From an uncultured bacterium (GTDB lineage Bacteria > Bacillota_I > Bacilli_A > RF39 > UBA660), in contig CAMPCD010000001.1 in the NCBI GenBank assembly GCA_946643435.1, positions 88,117 through 152,116 of the forward strand: DNA of 64,000 nucleotides. Reading direction: 5' to 3'. Positions 37,541 through 48,335 of this stretch are shown one piece after another; position 1 is the first letter of the stretch, and each line of letters begins with the position of its first letter. Position numbers and translations under genes: made by a program. The notes beneath the pieces are model-generated. The model had not been told where the DNA came from. It was given only the letters and a program-made list of their open reading frames with translations, and ran no database searches.

Positions 37541-38794
37541 TTATTCGTCAATTAATTTAATATCTGCTCCAACAGTATTCAATTTATGAACTAAATTCTC
37601 ATATCCTCTTAATAAATGTTCAATATTATCTACTTCTGTTATACCATTTGCTATCATACCAGCAACTAATAAAGATGCACCAGCTCTTAAGTCAGTAGCT
37701 TTAACTTTGCGTCCTTTTAATTGTGTATTACCTATGATAACAGCTTTCTTATCCCATGATTTGATATTAGCTCCCATAGTAGTTAAATATGGAATATGTC
37801 TTAATCTATTTTCATAAATAGTTTCTTCAAATAATGATTCACCTTTACATTGAGTTAAGAATGCACTCATTGGTTGACCTAAGTCAGTTGGGAATCCAGG
37901 ATAAACTGATGTTTTAACATTAACAGCCTTTAAATTCTTAGATTTATTAACAATAATACTATCTTTATTAATCTTCATGCTTACACCAGCATCTTTTAAC
38001 TTAGATATTAATGAGAATAAATGATCTCTATTAATGCCTGATATCTTTAAGTTTTTACCAAGTAAAGCACCTATAATTAAATAAGTACCTCCTTCAATTC
38101 TATCAGGAATAACTGTTACTTCAGCTCCATGTAGTTCTTTAACTCCATGAATAATTATTTCTGCAGTACCAGCACCTTGAATATCAGCACCCATGTTATT
38201 TAAGAATTCAGCTACGTTTTGAATTTCAGGTTCTCTTGCAGCATTTATAATTCTAGTTGTACCTTCAGCTAATGTTGCAGTAAGCATAACATTTATAGTA
38301 GCTCCAACCGAAGGAAAATCAAAGAATATATCTTGTCCCTTTAACTTATGTGTATCAAGTGTATATGTTCCATCTTTTTCTGTAACTTTAAATCCTTGTT
38401 TTTTAAATGAATTAATATGGATATCAATAGGTCTTGCACCTATAGTACAACCACCTGGATAAGATATTTCAGCATGATGAAATAATCCTCCTAATGAACC
38501 CATAAAATAATATGACGCTCTTAAGCATGATGAATATTCAGTAGGTATAGGTTTAACCTTTAAATTCTTATTATCAATAGTTAATACTTCATTCTCATAA
38601 GTAATCTTTGATCCTAAATATTCCATCATTTTAATTAATATTCCAACATCAGAAATATCAGGAACATTATGAATAACACATTTACCTTTAGTCAAACATG
38701 ATGCAGGTATTAATGCTACTACTGAATTCTTAGCTCCTCCTATATGAATTTCACCGGACAAATCTCTATTGCCTCTAATAATTAGTTTTTTCAC
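37541..38794 (-). CDS. murA: UDP-N-acetylglucosamine 1-carboxyvinyltransferase
   Basis: MKKLIIRGNRDLSGEIHIGGAKNSVVALIPAS... Catalytic Cys region. 417 aa. Confidence 0.9.
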   Translation of the reverse strand: MKKLIIRGNRDLSGEIHIGGAKNSVVALIPASCLTKGKCVIHNVPDISDVGILIKMMEYLGSKITYENEVLTIDNKNLKVKPIPTEYSSCLRASYYFMGSLGGLFHHAEISYPGGCTIGARPIDIHINSFKKQGFKVTEKDGTYTLDTHKLKGQDIFFDFPSVGATINVMLTATLAEGTTRIINAAREPEIQNVAEFLNNMGADIQGAGTAEIIIHGVKELHGAEVTVIPDRIEGGTYLIIGALLGKNLKISGINRDHLFSLISKLKDAGVSMKINKDSIIVNKSKNLKAVNVKTSVYPGFPTDLGQPMSAFLTQCKGESLFEETIYENRLRHIPYLTTMGANIKSWDKKAVIIGNTQLKGRKVKATDLRAGASLLVAGMIANGITEVDNIEHLLRGYENLVHKLNTVGADIKLIDE

Positions 38795-38844
38795 TAAATC
38801 ACCTTCGTATATATATTATATCAAAAAAATAAGGTATAAATACC

Positions 38845-39540
38845 TTATTTACATATTATTGATACCAACTCACTAGTATGTGTATTAGCTATATCATGTT
38901 TACCATCCTTGATAACATGTATATTATAGTCCTTTAATTCAGTTAGTATTTTATCAGTATTAATCATTTGATCTTTTTCACCAATTATAATAGTTACATT
39001 TTTCTTGTTAATATCTTTTACTTTATCAACAATATCTTGTCTAACTATTATTTGATAAGACTCTCTTAAAAAAGGAGTACCATATATCATATATGGATTC
39101 TTAACAATATGTATTAAATACATATCTCTAAAAAACTTCCTAATAGGATAAATAATATTAGGTGAATCTATAACCTTAATATTCTTACTAGAATACTTTC
39201 TTGATATAGCAGGAGATACGAGTATTAGCTTTTGATTATTATCATAAATATTATTATATCTAACAGCTACTGCACCACCAAAAGAATACCCTAATATATA
39301 ATCTACTTTAAGATTATTATTTAATAAATATAAATGAACAAATCTAGCATACTCATCAAGATCAAAAGGTTTATCATATTCAGGTTGTCCACAAAAACCA
39401 GGAAAGTTTAATTTATATATTATAAAATGCTTAGATAATTCTTTAACAAATTTCTTTCTATTATTCCAAGCATCTTTACTAGTTGATCTTGATGTATAAT
39501 TATCATCATTCCATCCATGTAGTAATAAAATACTTTTCAT
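38845..39540 (-). CDS. Alpha/beta-hydrolase fold protein
   Basis: GxSxG nucleophile elbow LGYSFGGAVAV. Asp/His downstream. Confidence 0.65.
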   Translation of the reverse strand: MKSILLLHGWNDDNYTSRSTSKDAWNNRKKFVKELSKHFIIYKLNFPGFCGQPEYDKPFDLDEYARFVHLYLLNNNLKVDYILGYSFGGAVAVRYNNIYDNNQKLILVSPAISRKYSSKNIKVIDSPNIIYPIRKFFRDMYLIHIVKNPYMIYGTPFLRESYQIIVRQDIVDKVKDINKKNVTIIIGEKDQMINTDKILTELKDYNIHVIKDGKHDIANTHTSELVSIICK

Positions 39541-39551
39541 ATCATCACCTA

Positions 39552-40271
39552 TTATTTATTAATAATCAACAAATATCTATCTCTATTTGATAAATCTTTA
39601 TGTATTTCTATAATACTATTTTGATAATATTTAGATGCAAATTCTTTCAAATAATTACCTTGATTATAACCAATTTCGAAAGCTATTATAGATTGAGCAT
39701 TAATCCAATTAACTGATTCTTTAATTATATGTTCATAAAAAACTAAACCTTTATTATCTGCAAATATTGCATTTTGAGGTTCATATTTTGTTTCCTTATC
39801 TACTTCTTCATCATATGCCACATATGGTGGATTTGAGATAATTAAATCATATTTTTTAGTTGGATTGTATTCAAATATATCATTGTTAATAACTTCAATA
39901 TTATCAATATTATTTAATTTATAATTTTCTTTTGCTAAAGATAAAGCATCAGATGAAATATCTATTGTTGAAATATTAGCATTATTCAACTTTTTAGATA
40001 ATACTACATCTATACAACCTGAACCTGTACCAATATCAAATATATCATTTACTTTAATATTATGTTTATTAATAGTATTAATAACTAGTTCTATTAATCC
40101 TTCTGTTTCAAATCTAGGTATTAAAGCTCTCTCATCTACATTTATCCTATATCCATAGAAGTCTACATATCCAATTAAGTATTGTATAGGATAATTACTA
40201 TCTAATTTATCTTTAATAGCTTCTAATGAACCATATTTATTTATTAATAATTCTTCATCTATCTTATTCAT
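39552..40271 (-). CDS. prmC: Release factor glutamine N5-methyltransferase PrmC/HemK
   Basis: NPPY motif IISNPPYV. SAM motif DIGTGSGCI. Downstream of prfA. Confidence 0.85.
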   Translation of the reverse strand: MNKIDEELLINKYGSLEAIKDKLDSNYPIQYLIGYVDFYGYRINVDERALIPRFETEGLIELVINTINKHNIKVNDIFDIGTGSGCIDVVLSKKLNNANISTIDISSDALSLAKENYKLNNIDNIEVINNDIFEYNPTKKYDLIISNPPYVAYDEEVDKETKYEPQNAIFADNKGLVFYEHIIKESVNWINAQSIIAFEIGYNQGNYLKEFASKYYQNSIIEIHKDLSNRDRYLLIINK

Positions 40272-40323
40272 ATCATCACTTCAAACGTATTATACCATAA
40301 AAAAAGGATATATAATTATCCTT

Positions 40324-41037
40324 TTATTTACCTCTATAATTAGTTAATTCTTTATCTATTTCAGATAGTTGTTTTTCTATAAGTCTTTTCTTTGTTTGTA
40401 ATACATCATAAGATAATTGTACAGATGCACTTTTATCTATAACATCTTTAATTGAATCTTCATATATTACAATATTTCTTATTTGATTCATATCTTTTTC
40501 AGGCATAAATGATAAACCTGCACTTTTTAATCCTTCTTCAATAACTTGAATATCTTCGTCAGATAATCCAACATAATTTCTTAACATTGATTTTGGAGTT
40601 AATAATAATTCTTGAATACCAAATATATCGGCATCTCCTAATATATCTTCATAAGTATAATATAATTCACTAAACATATCTTCATATGCTTTTGAATCTT
40701 TAAAACCAATAGAATCTAAATACTCTTTATCAACAACATTAGATAAACCACTATTAGCTAAAATTATTCTGATTCTATTTGCAAGGAAATATCCTTGTTT
40801 AGTATCGTATAATTTAGATAAATCACTATATACAAAGTTTTCAAATTTTATCTTAGAATTTTTTATATCTTCATAATTTTCAATAAATCCATATTTATTT
40901 AATGCATTTAATACTTCTGAATTAAATTCTTCACAACCTTTACCAAAAATATCTCCATCTTGATCATATGCGTAAAAGTTATTTTGGAATGTAGTATAAT
41001 GAAAATCCTTCTTCTTATAATCATTAATAATTTGCAT
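40324..41037 (-). CDS. Hypothetical protein with C-terminal RNAP alpha-CTD-like helix-hairpin-helix segment
   Basis: IQELLLTPKSMLRNYVGLSDEDIQVIEEGLKSAGLSF resembles alpha-CTD ([30 protein letters not shown]). Inserted between prfA and prmC. Confidence 0.45.
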   Translation of the reverse strand: MQIINDYKKKDFHYTTFQNNFYAYDQDGDIFGKGCEEFNSEVLNALNKYGFIENYEDIKNSKIKFENFVYSDLSKLYDTKQGYFLANRIRIILANSGLSNVVDKEYLDSIGFKDSKAYEDMFSELYYTYEDILGDADIFGIQELLLTPKSMLRNYVGLSDEDIQVIEEGLKSAGLSFMPEKDMNQIRNIVIYEDSIKDVIDKSASVQLSYDVLQTKKRLIEKQLSEIDKELTNYRGK

Positions 41038-41098
41038 AATATCACCTCAGTTGAGCGTTATTATAACATAATAATTATAAAAATCAAAAAAAGAAGGA

Positions 41099-42169
41099 TT
41101 ATTTTCCTTCTTGTTCAGCTTGTAGTTTTCTCTTTGTATCTTCAGTAATTAATTCTTGAATAATAGCATCTAAATCACCATTCATAACCTTTTCAAGATT
41201 CATTACTGAGAAATTAATTCTATGATCAGTTACTCTATTTTGAGGATAGTTATAAGTTCTAATCTTTTCTGATCTATCACCAGTACCAATTTGAGAATTT
41301 CTTAAACTATCTTCGTTTTGTTTCTTTTCTCTTTGTTGTAAATCATATAATCTAGTTTTCATAATTTCGAAAGCTTTTTCTTTATTTCTTAATTGTGATC
41401 TTTCAGTTTGTTGATATACAACTATACCAGTAGGTAAATGAGTTAATCTTACAGCAGAGTCTGTAGTATTAACACCTTGTCCACCATTACCGGAAGCACG
41501 AGTAATATCTACTCTTATTTCATCCATATTAAGTTCAAATTCATCTGTTTCATCTAATTGAGGCATAACTGCAACAGTAGCAGTTGATGTTTGAATTCTA
41601 CCATTAGATTCAGTTACAGGTATTCTTTGAACTCTATGTGCACCTGATTCATATTTCATTTTAGAATATACATTATCACCTTTGATAGAAAACTCTATTT
41701 GAGAATATCCACCAGCTTCACCTTCTGAAGCATCTAATATCTCAGTCTTCCAACCATTTTTATCAGCATAATGTTGATACATTCTAAATAAATCACCAGC
41801 AAAGATATTAGCTTCATCTCCACCAGCAGCTCCTCTTATTTCAATAATAATATCTCTACCATCATCTTCATCTTTAGGAACTAATAATAATTCTAATTCA
41901 TGTTTTAATACTTCTTGTCTAGCAGTATTTTCTTGTAGTTCAGACTCTGCAATATCCTTCATTTCAGGATCATTCATCATTTCTTTAAGTCCATCTACAT
42001 CTTCTATTAATTTTTTATATTCTCTATATTTAGTAACAGTTTCTTCTAGACCTGCTTTTTCTTTATTTAATTTACTCATTTGAGTATAATCAGCTAAAAC
42101 CTCAGGTTTAGATAATTCTTCATTTAATTCATTATATCTTGCTTCTAATACATCTAATCTTTCTATCAT
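41099..42169 (-). CDS. prfA: Peptide chain release factor 1
   Basis: GGQ motif SGNGGQGVNTTDSAVRLTH. PxT-type domain. Confidence 0.9.
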   Translation of the reverse strand: MIERLDVLEARYNELNEELSKPEVLADYTQMSKLNKEKAGLEETVTKYREYKKLIEDVDGLKEMMNDPEMKDIAESELQENTARQEVLKHELELLLVPKDEDDGRDIIIEIRGAAGGDEANIFAGDLFRMYQHYADKNGWKTEILDASEGEAGGYSQIEFSIKGDNVYSKMKYESGAHRVQRIPVTESNGRIQTSTATVAVMPQLDETDEFELNMDEIRVDITRASGNGGQGVNTTDSAVRLTHLPTGIVVYQQTERSQLRNKEKAFEIMKTRLYDLQQREKKQNEDSLRNSQIGTGDRSEKIRTYNYPQNRVTDHRINFSVMNLEKVMNGDLDAIIQELITEDTKRKLQAEQEGK

Positions 42170-42214
42170 AATTAATCTTCCTTTCTTATAAGATATATTA
42201 ATTAGATAGAGTCG

Positions 42215-42661
42215 CTATAAATCCATTCCAGATTCATCATCAGAATCAATAATAACTAAATCTTTGAAGTCATCTTCTTCAGTATCATCATCAACATCGA
42301 TAGCTTCATCATAGTTAATTACATCTTCATCTTCTTCTTCATTTTCTTCATCATCTAGTACTATTTCTTCTTCGTCTTCTTCATCGTCTAAATTCATATT
42401 AATACTATTTTTATGCTTCTTTGATAAATCAAATAATCCTTTATCTAACATAACAAATCTATTATCTGATGAAACTAAACCAAAAAAATCACCTATTTTT
42501 GATTCAAAAATTGCTTTAGGATCATCACCTCTTAACTTAATTACTTCTGTAAATAAGTCAGCTATTTTCATTTTTTTACCTTTTTGTTCTAAAACGTATT
42601 CAGCAATATCTGTATACGACATAGTATCTAATTGTTCAGTAGTTAATTTAGCTATTGCCAT
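42215..42661 (-). CDS. rpoE: RNA polymerase delta subunit (HARE-HTH N-domain plus polyacidic tail)
   Basis: N-terminus MSYTDIAEYVLEQKGKKMKIADLF. C-terminal Asp/Glu-rich tail of ~60 aa. Confidence 0.7.
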   Translation of the reverse strand: MAIAKLTTEQLDTMSYTDIAEYVLEQKGKKMKIADLFTEVIKLRGDDPKAIFESKIGDFFGLVSSDNRFVMLDKGLFDLSKKHKNSINMNLDDEEDEEEIVLDDEENEEEDEDVINYDEAIDVDDDTEEDDFKDLVIIDSDDESGMDL

Positions 42662-42724
42662 ATTAATCCCTCTTTCATAAATATATATAAAACAATAATA
42701 ATATTATCATAAATATGTTGGTTG

Positions 42725-43060
42725 TCAATAAGATATTTCAATTATATTGACTATATCATTGTCAGGTATCTCATACTCAAACTTAACATAATTATCATTA
42801 TTTGATAATTTATTATTATCTATTGGTAATTGAAACTCTTTATTTAAGTCTTTATATAGATATATAATCATCTTATTTAGCATGTCAATATTCATCATAG
42901 ATTCTTTATTTTCTTTATTTAAAATACACTTTGTAATATTAAATCTATAAATATTATCATCTATAGTAAAATTAATAACATCTTCTTTCATGAAGTAAGT
43001 AGTTTTTACATTCATTATTACTTCATCATTAGTAGATAACTTAAAAGTAAGTTCTTTCAT
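42725..43060 (-). CDS. Hypothetical protein (111 aa)
   Basis: ORF between parB and rpoE. No motifs. Confidence 0.45.
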   Translation of the reverse strand: MKELTFKLSTNDEVIMNVKTTYFMKEDVINFTIDDNIYRFNITKCILNKENKESMMNIDMLNKMIIYLYKDLNKEFQLPIDNNKLSNNDNYVKFEYEIPDNDIVNIIEISY

Positions 43061-43122
43061 TAAATCACCACATTTCGTTTATAGATTATAGCATAATAAA
43101 AAGACTAATTGAATAGTCTTTT

Positions 43123-44265
43123 TTATTTATTTTCTTCTTTTTGTTCTTCTTCAGGATTTTTAACTATCTTAACTACTATTTGATATATATCACTGAAATT
43201 AAATTCTTCAGTCTTTACTTCAATATTATTTTCAATAGCTAATTTAACTAATTCATTTATTGCTTTAGTCAATTCTCTTGGAGTATAAACATCCATGTTG
43301 ATTTTCTTTTCTTCCTCTTGTTGTGCAGCTTCAGATCCTTGAATTGGTATATCTAATTCATCATCTGTTTGTTGATCTTCTAAATCTACAAAATCTTCAT
43401 CAGATATTATGTTTTGTGTTTTCATTGGATCAAAACCAAATGATAATGTTGGATCTTCCATAGTTGCAGGATGATTTTCTAGATTGTTAAAAAATAAACT
43501 CTTTTTTGTGTTTTTATCATTAATTTTAGATCTATATTGATACTCTTTTGGTGTTATTGATAGATTAAAATCATCATCTTCTAGTAATAAATTAGATACA
43601 TCTATATCATTTCTAGAGTCTATATTAATTCCACCAGTTAGATTTTCTTCTTTTTTATAAGTACCTAATACTTTATCTATTTCATCTTCTACTTGTCTAA
43701 CAGTTAATTTATCTCTAATTATTTCATTAAGAATATCTACTTGTTTCATTTTATCAGTTAATCTTAATAAACTCTTAGCATGTTTAACTGATATCATATT
43801 CTTTTGTAATGCATCTTGTACTGCTTCATCTAATGATAATAATCTTATCTTATCATTTAGATTTGATTGAGTAGTTCCCATACGAGCAGCTAATTGATCA
43901 ATTGTTATATATCCTTTATCTAATAACTTTTTATATCCTCTAGCTTCATCAATAGGAGTTAAATCTTTTCTATGAATATTTTCTACTAAAGCTAATTCAG
44001 AAGACTCATTATCATCTATATCGCATATAATACAAGGTACTGATTGTAATCCAAGTAATTCAGCTGCTTTTAGTCTTCTTTCACCAGCTATTATTTCAAA
44101 TTTATCTTGTAATCTTCTGACAATAAGAGGTTGAACAATACCATGAGATCTAATAGATGAAGCTAATTCTTGTAATGATGATGTATCAAATTGAGTTCTT
44201 GGTTGAGCTTTATTAGGTACTAATTGGTCTACATTAATCATTCTAATTTGAGCTTCCATCTTCAT
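43123..44265 (-). CDS. parB: ParB/Spo0J-family chromosome partitioning protein with long acidic C-terminal extension; no adjacent ParA
   Basis: ParB box II GERRLKAAELLGL. HTH region. 380 aa. Immediately downstream of rsmG. Confidence 0.85.
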   Translation of the reverse strand: MKMEAQIRMINVDQLVPNKAQPRTQFDTSSLQELASSIRSHGIVQPLIVRRLQDKFEIIAGERRLKAAELLGLQSVPCIICDIDDNESSELALVENIHRKDLTPIDEARGYKKLLDKGYITIDQLAARMGTTQSNLNDKIRLLSLDEAVQDALQKNMISVKHAKSLLRLTDKMKQVDILNEIIRDKLTVRQVEDEIDKVLGTYKKEENLTGGINIDSRNDIDVSNLLLEDDDFNLSITPKEYQYRSKINDKNTKKSLFFNNLENHPATMEDPTLSFGFDPMKTQNIISDEDFVDLEDQQTDDELDIPIQGSEAAQQEEEKKINMDVYTPRELTKAINELVKLAIENNIEVKTEEFNFSDIYQIVVKIVKNPEEEQKEENK

Positions 44266-44345
44266 GATAACCCTCTCCTATTCTATATATAATTATATTA
44301 TTATGACTATTTATTTTCAATAATAAAAGAAGTATTGCTACTTCT

Positions 44346-45053
44346 TTATTTTGTTTTAATATCTTTTACAATGTCTTTATAATCTCTAGGATATTTATCA
44401 GGACATTTATCTATTTTTTTAATAACTATTATATTTCTTATATCTCCATTAGGAAGATTAAAAGAAATAACATTTTCTAAATTACCTTTTATCTTTTTAA
44501 TTATATCTTTTGCTTTAGGTAATTCTTCATCAATTATACCTTTTAAAGGTATAAAATAACCATTTACTTTAACTAAAGGTAAACATAATTCAGTTAATTC
44601 TTGCATATTCTTAACAGCTCTAGCAGTAACTACATCATATTTATCTTTATTATTCTTAGCATATATTTCAGATCTTTCATGAATTGTTTCTACATTATTT
44701 ATACCTAATTTAATAGTTAATTCATTTAAGAAATTAATTCTTTTATTATTACTATCTAATAAAGTAACCTTTATATTAGGAAATAATATAGCAATTACCA
44801 TTCCTGGAAAACCTGCTCCTGTACCAACATCTATTAAAGTATTAACTTTATTTAAATCTATTGCTTTAACAATAGTTAAACTATCATAGAAGTGTTTTAA
44901 ATATACATCTTCTTTTTCGGTAATAGATGTTAAATTAGTATGATTATTATATTCAACTAAATAATTATAATAAATATCAAGTTTATTAAGAATATCATCA
45001 TTAATACTAATGTTTAAATCTTTTAAGTTTTTAACAAATTCTTCTATATTCAT
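44346..45053 (-). CDS. rsmG: 16S rRNA m7G527 methyltransferase RsmG (GidB)
   Basis: SAM fold GTGAGFPGMVIAILFP. Position after mnmG. Confidence 0.9.
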   Translation of the reverse strand: MNIEEFVKNLKDLNISINDDILNKLDIYYNYLVEYNNHTNLTSITEKEDVYLKHFYDSLTIVKAIDLNKVNTLIDVGTGAGFPGMVIAILFPNIKVTLLDSNNKRINFLNELTIKLGINNVETIHERSEIYAKNNKDKYDVVTARAVKNMQELTELCLPLVKVNGYFIPLKGIIDEELPKAKDIIKKIKGNLENVISFNLPNGDIRNIIVIKKIDKCPDKYPRDYKDIVKDIKTK

Positions 45054-45054
45054 A

Positions 45055-46896
45055 TTACTTATTATATTCTTTCTTTAAATATACTGTTAAAACAGATATA
45101 TCAGCAGGATTAACTCCTGATATACGAGAAGCTTGGGCAATAGTTAAAGGCATAACTTGTTTAAGTTTTTGTCTTGCTTCACTAGCTAAATTCTTAATAT
45201 CATCATAATTAATATCTGATGGTATTTCTTTTTCTTCTAGTTTTAACATTCTTTCAACTTCTTTATTAGTCTTATTAATATATCCTTCATATTTAACTTG
45301 TATTTCTACTATATTAAATATTTCATCAGTATAACTATTAGTTATATATTCTTTTAAGTAATCTATTTTAATTTCAGGTCTCTTTAATAAATCATATAAA
45401 GATTCACCTTTAGTTAATTCACCAATATATTTATTAGTATTCTTATTAGTTATTCTTATTTCTTTTAATTCATTAACTAATTGATTAATATCAGCTATCT
45501 TTTTATTTAATCTAGCATATTGTTCTTCATCTATAGTACCTACTTCATATCCATGTTTTCTTAATCTTAAATCTGCATTATCATGTCTTAAGATTAATCT
45601 ATATTCAGCACGTGAAGTTAATAATCTATATGGTTCTTTAGTACCTTTTGTAGTTAAATCATCTAATAATACACCAATATAAGATTCATTTCTCTTTAAT
45701 ATTAAAGGATCTTTACCTTGGCATCTTAAACCTGCATTTATACCTGCAATTAAGCCTTGTCCTGCTGCTTCTTCATATCCTGAAGTACCATTTATTTGTC
45801 CTGCAGTATATAAATTCTTAATTATCTTTGATTCTTCTGATGGATACATTTGTAATGGATTAATAGCATCATATTCAATAGCATATGCATATTTAAGTAT
45901 TTTTACATGCTCTAATCCTTTTAATGAATGTACCATCTTATCTTGTACATCTATAGGCATAGATGTTGAGAATCCTTGTAAATATAAATCAGGATAATAT
46001 GCTGATTCAGGTTCAAGGAATAATTGATGTCTTTCTTTATCTTTAAATCTTACTACTTTATCTTCAATAGAAGGACAATAACGAGGTCCAATACCTTCTG
46101 CATATCCTCCATACATAGCTGATCTATCAAGATTATCCATTATAATCTTATGAGTTTCTTTATTTGTATATACAATATAACAAGGAACTTGTTTATCTAC
46201 ATCATATTGAGGTTCTAAATCAAATGAGAATGTCCAAGGAGTTTTATCTCCTTCTTCTTTCTCTAAAACTGAATAATCAACTGTATCTGGATCTAATCTT
46301 TGAGGAGTACCAGTTTTTAATCTTTGTATTTCAAAACCTAACTCTCTTAATTTATCTGATAAATGTTTAGAAGATTCTTCTCCATGAGGTCCTTCAAACT
46401 TAAATTTATCACCTACTAATATCTTAGATTTAAGATAAGTACCTGTAGTTAATACTAAAGTCTTACACTTATATACATTACCTTCTGCTGTAATAACACC
46501 TTTAATAGTTTTATCTTCAACTATTAAATCTTCTACCATACCTTGTACTATTGTTAAATTTTTTAATTTATTTAAAGCTTTTACCATATTTTTAGGATAA
46601 ATAACTTTATCACCTTGTGCTCTTAATGATTTAACAGCTGGTCCTTTACCTGAATTAAGCATTTTAATTTGTAAATGAGATATATCAGCTATTCTTCCCA
46701 TTAAACCACCTAAAGCATCTATTTCTCTAACAACAATACCTTTAGCAGTTCCACCTATAGATGGATTACATGGCATATCTGCAATATTAGCTAAACTAGA
46801 TGTTATTAATAATACTTTTAGTCCCATTTTTGCTGGTGCATTAGCAGCTTCACATCCTGCATGTCCGCCACCTACAACTATTACGTCATATTCCAT
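45055..46896 (-). CDS. mnmG: tRNA uridine-5-carboxymethylaminomethyl modification enzyme MnmG (GidA)
   Basis: FAD motif MEYDVIVVGGGHAGCEAA. Start at Met with AGGTGA SD. Confidence 0.9.
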   Translation of the reverse strand: MEYDVIVVGGGHAGCEAANAPAKMGLKVLLITSSLANIADMPCNPSIGGTAKGIVVREIDALGGLMGRIADISHLQIKMLNSGKGPAVKSLRAQGDKVIYPKNMVKALNKLKNLTIVQGMVEDLIVEDKTIKGVITAEGNVYKCKTLVLTTGTYLKSKILVGDKFKFEGPHGEESSKHLSDKLRELGFEIQRLKTGTPQRLDPDTVDYSVLEKEEGDKTPWTFSFDLEPQYDVDKQVPCYIVYTNKETHKIIMDNLDRSAMYGGYAEGIGPRYCPSIEDKVVRFKDKERHQLFLEPESAYYPDLYLQGFSTSMPIDVQDKMVHSLKGLEHVKILKYAYAIEYDAINPLQMYPSEESKIIKNLYTAGQINGTSGYEEAAGQGLIAGINAGLRCQGKDPLILKRNESYIGVLLDDLTTKGTKEPYRLLTSRAEYRLILRHDNADLRLRKHGYEVGTIDEEQYARLNKKIADINQLVNELKEIRITNKNTNKYIGELTKGESLYDLLKRPEIKIDYLKEYITNSYTDEIFNIVEIQVKYEGYINKTNKEVERMLKLEEKEIPSDINYDDIKNLASEARQKLKQVMPLTIAQASRISGVNPADISVLTVYLKKEYNK

Positions 46897-46904
46897 ATAA
46901 TCAC

Positions 46905-48251
46905 CTACTTTCCTACACAAAACTTACTAAATATCTCATCTAGTAATTCTTCTTTATATGTTTCACCTATAACTTCGCCTAATAAATTATAAGTCATTTG
47001 AATATCATCTGCAATTATTTCAAATGGTAATTCATTCTTAGTATTATTTATTGATTCTTCTATAGATTCTACTGCTTTTTTAACTAATGATAATTCTCTT
47101 GCATTAGTTAAATAATTATAATTATTAGAATCTAATTCATTAAGGTTAAACATCTCAACAATTTTATTTTTTAAATTATCTAATCCTTCAGGAGTTGTAG
47201 TATTACCATATACTACTTCTTCTTTAATATCAGATAAATCTATCTTACTATCTAAATCATTCTTGTTAACAAATATAATCTTTTTAACATTATTTAAAGA
47301 ATCAAGTAATTCTTTTTCTTCAGGAGTCATATCTGTATTATTATCTAATATAAATATAACTAAATTAGCTTTATTGATTATATCTTTAGATTTATCTACA
47401 CCTATACGTTCTACTACATCATCAGTTTCTCTTATACCTGCAGTATCTATTAGATTTATTTTAATACCATTTAAACTTATAGATCCTTCAACTATATCTC
47501 TTGTAGTACCTGCAATATTAGTTACAATTGCTTTATTTTCATTTAATAAATGGTTAAGAATTGAACTTTTTCCTACATTAGGTTTTCCTACTAAAGCAAC
47601 ATCTATTCCTTCTTTTATTATTTGTGAATTATTATAACTATTAACTAAATCTTTTAATTCTTCTTTAATACTAGTTAATCCTTCTAATACTTTATCATAA
47701 GTTATTTCTTCTTCTATTTCTTCAGGATAATCAAATATTACTTCTAATTCAGCTTGTAATGATAATAATTCTTTTCTATGCTTTTTAATTAATTTAGATA
47801 AATTACCTTCTACCCTATTCATAGCTAATTTACGTGATTTTTCAGTTTCAGCTACAATTAAATCATTTATACCTTCTGCTTCAAGTAAATCAATTCTACC
47901 ATTTAAATAAGCTCTTTTAGTGAATTCTCCTGGTTCAGCTAATCTACAACCATTTAAAAGTAATAATTCTAATATCTTATTTGTAGTTGAAATACCACCA
48001 TGAGAGTTAATTTCAATAACATCTTCCATAGTAAAAGTTTTAGGAGCATCCATTTTCATGATTAATACTTCATCTACTACTTCTTCTTTATCTAATATAT
48101 GGGCATATGAAATAGTATGTGATGCTTTTTTTGTTATATCTATATCACATATTTTATTGACTATATTAAATACATCAGGTCCTGTTGCCCTAATAATTGA
48201 GATAGCACCAACACCTAAAGCAGTTGAAATTGCACAAATATTTTCATTCAT
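46905..48251 (-). CDS. mnmE: tRNA modification GTPase MnmE (TrmE)
   Basis: G1 GKPNVGKSSILN. C-terminal CVGK. ORF-track start is GTG inside the SD; ATG 9 nt downstream used. Confidence 0.9.
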   Translation of the reverse strand: MNENICAISTALGVGAISIIRATGPDVFNIVNKICDIDITKKASHTISYAHILDKEEVVDEVLIMKMDAPKTFTMEDVIEINSHGGISTTNKILELLLLNGCRLAEPGEFTKRAYLNGRIDLLEAEGINDLIVAETEKSRKLAMNRVEGNLSKLIKKHRKELLSLQAELEVIFDYPEEIEEEITYDKVLEGLTSIKEELKDLVNSYNNSQIIKEGIDVALVGKPNVGKSSILNHLLNENKAIVTNIAGTTRDIVEGSISLNGIKINLIDTAGIRETDDVVERIGVDKSKDIINKANLVIFILDNNTDMTPEEKELLDSLNNVKKIIFVNKNDLDSKIDLSDIKEEVVYGNTTTPEGLDNLKNKIVEMFNLNELDSNNYNYLTNARELSLVKKAVESIEESINNTKNELPFEIIADDIQMTYNLLGEVIGETYKEELLDEIFSKFCVGK

Positions 48252-48335
48252 ATATTTCACCCCATATAAGCAATTGTATTATATCACTTTCATAATATAA
48301 AACAAAGTAATAAAAAAACACATAAATGTGTTTTA

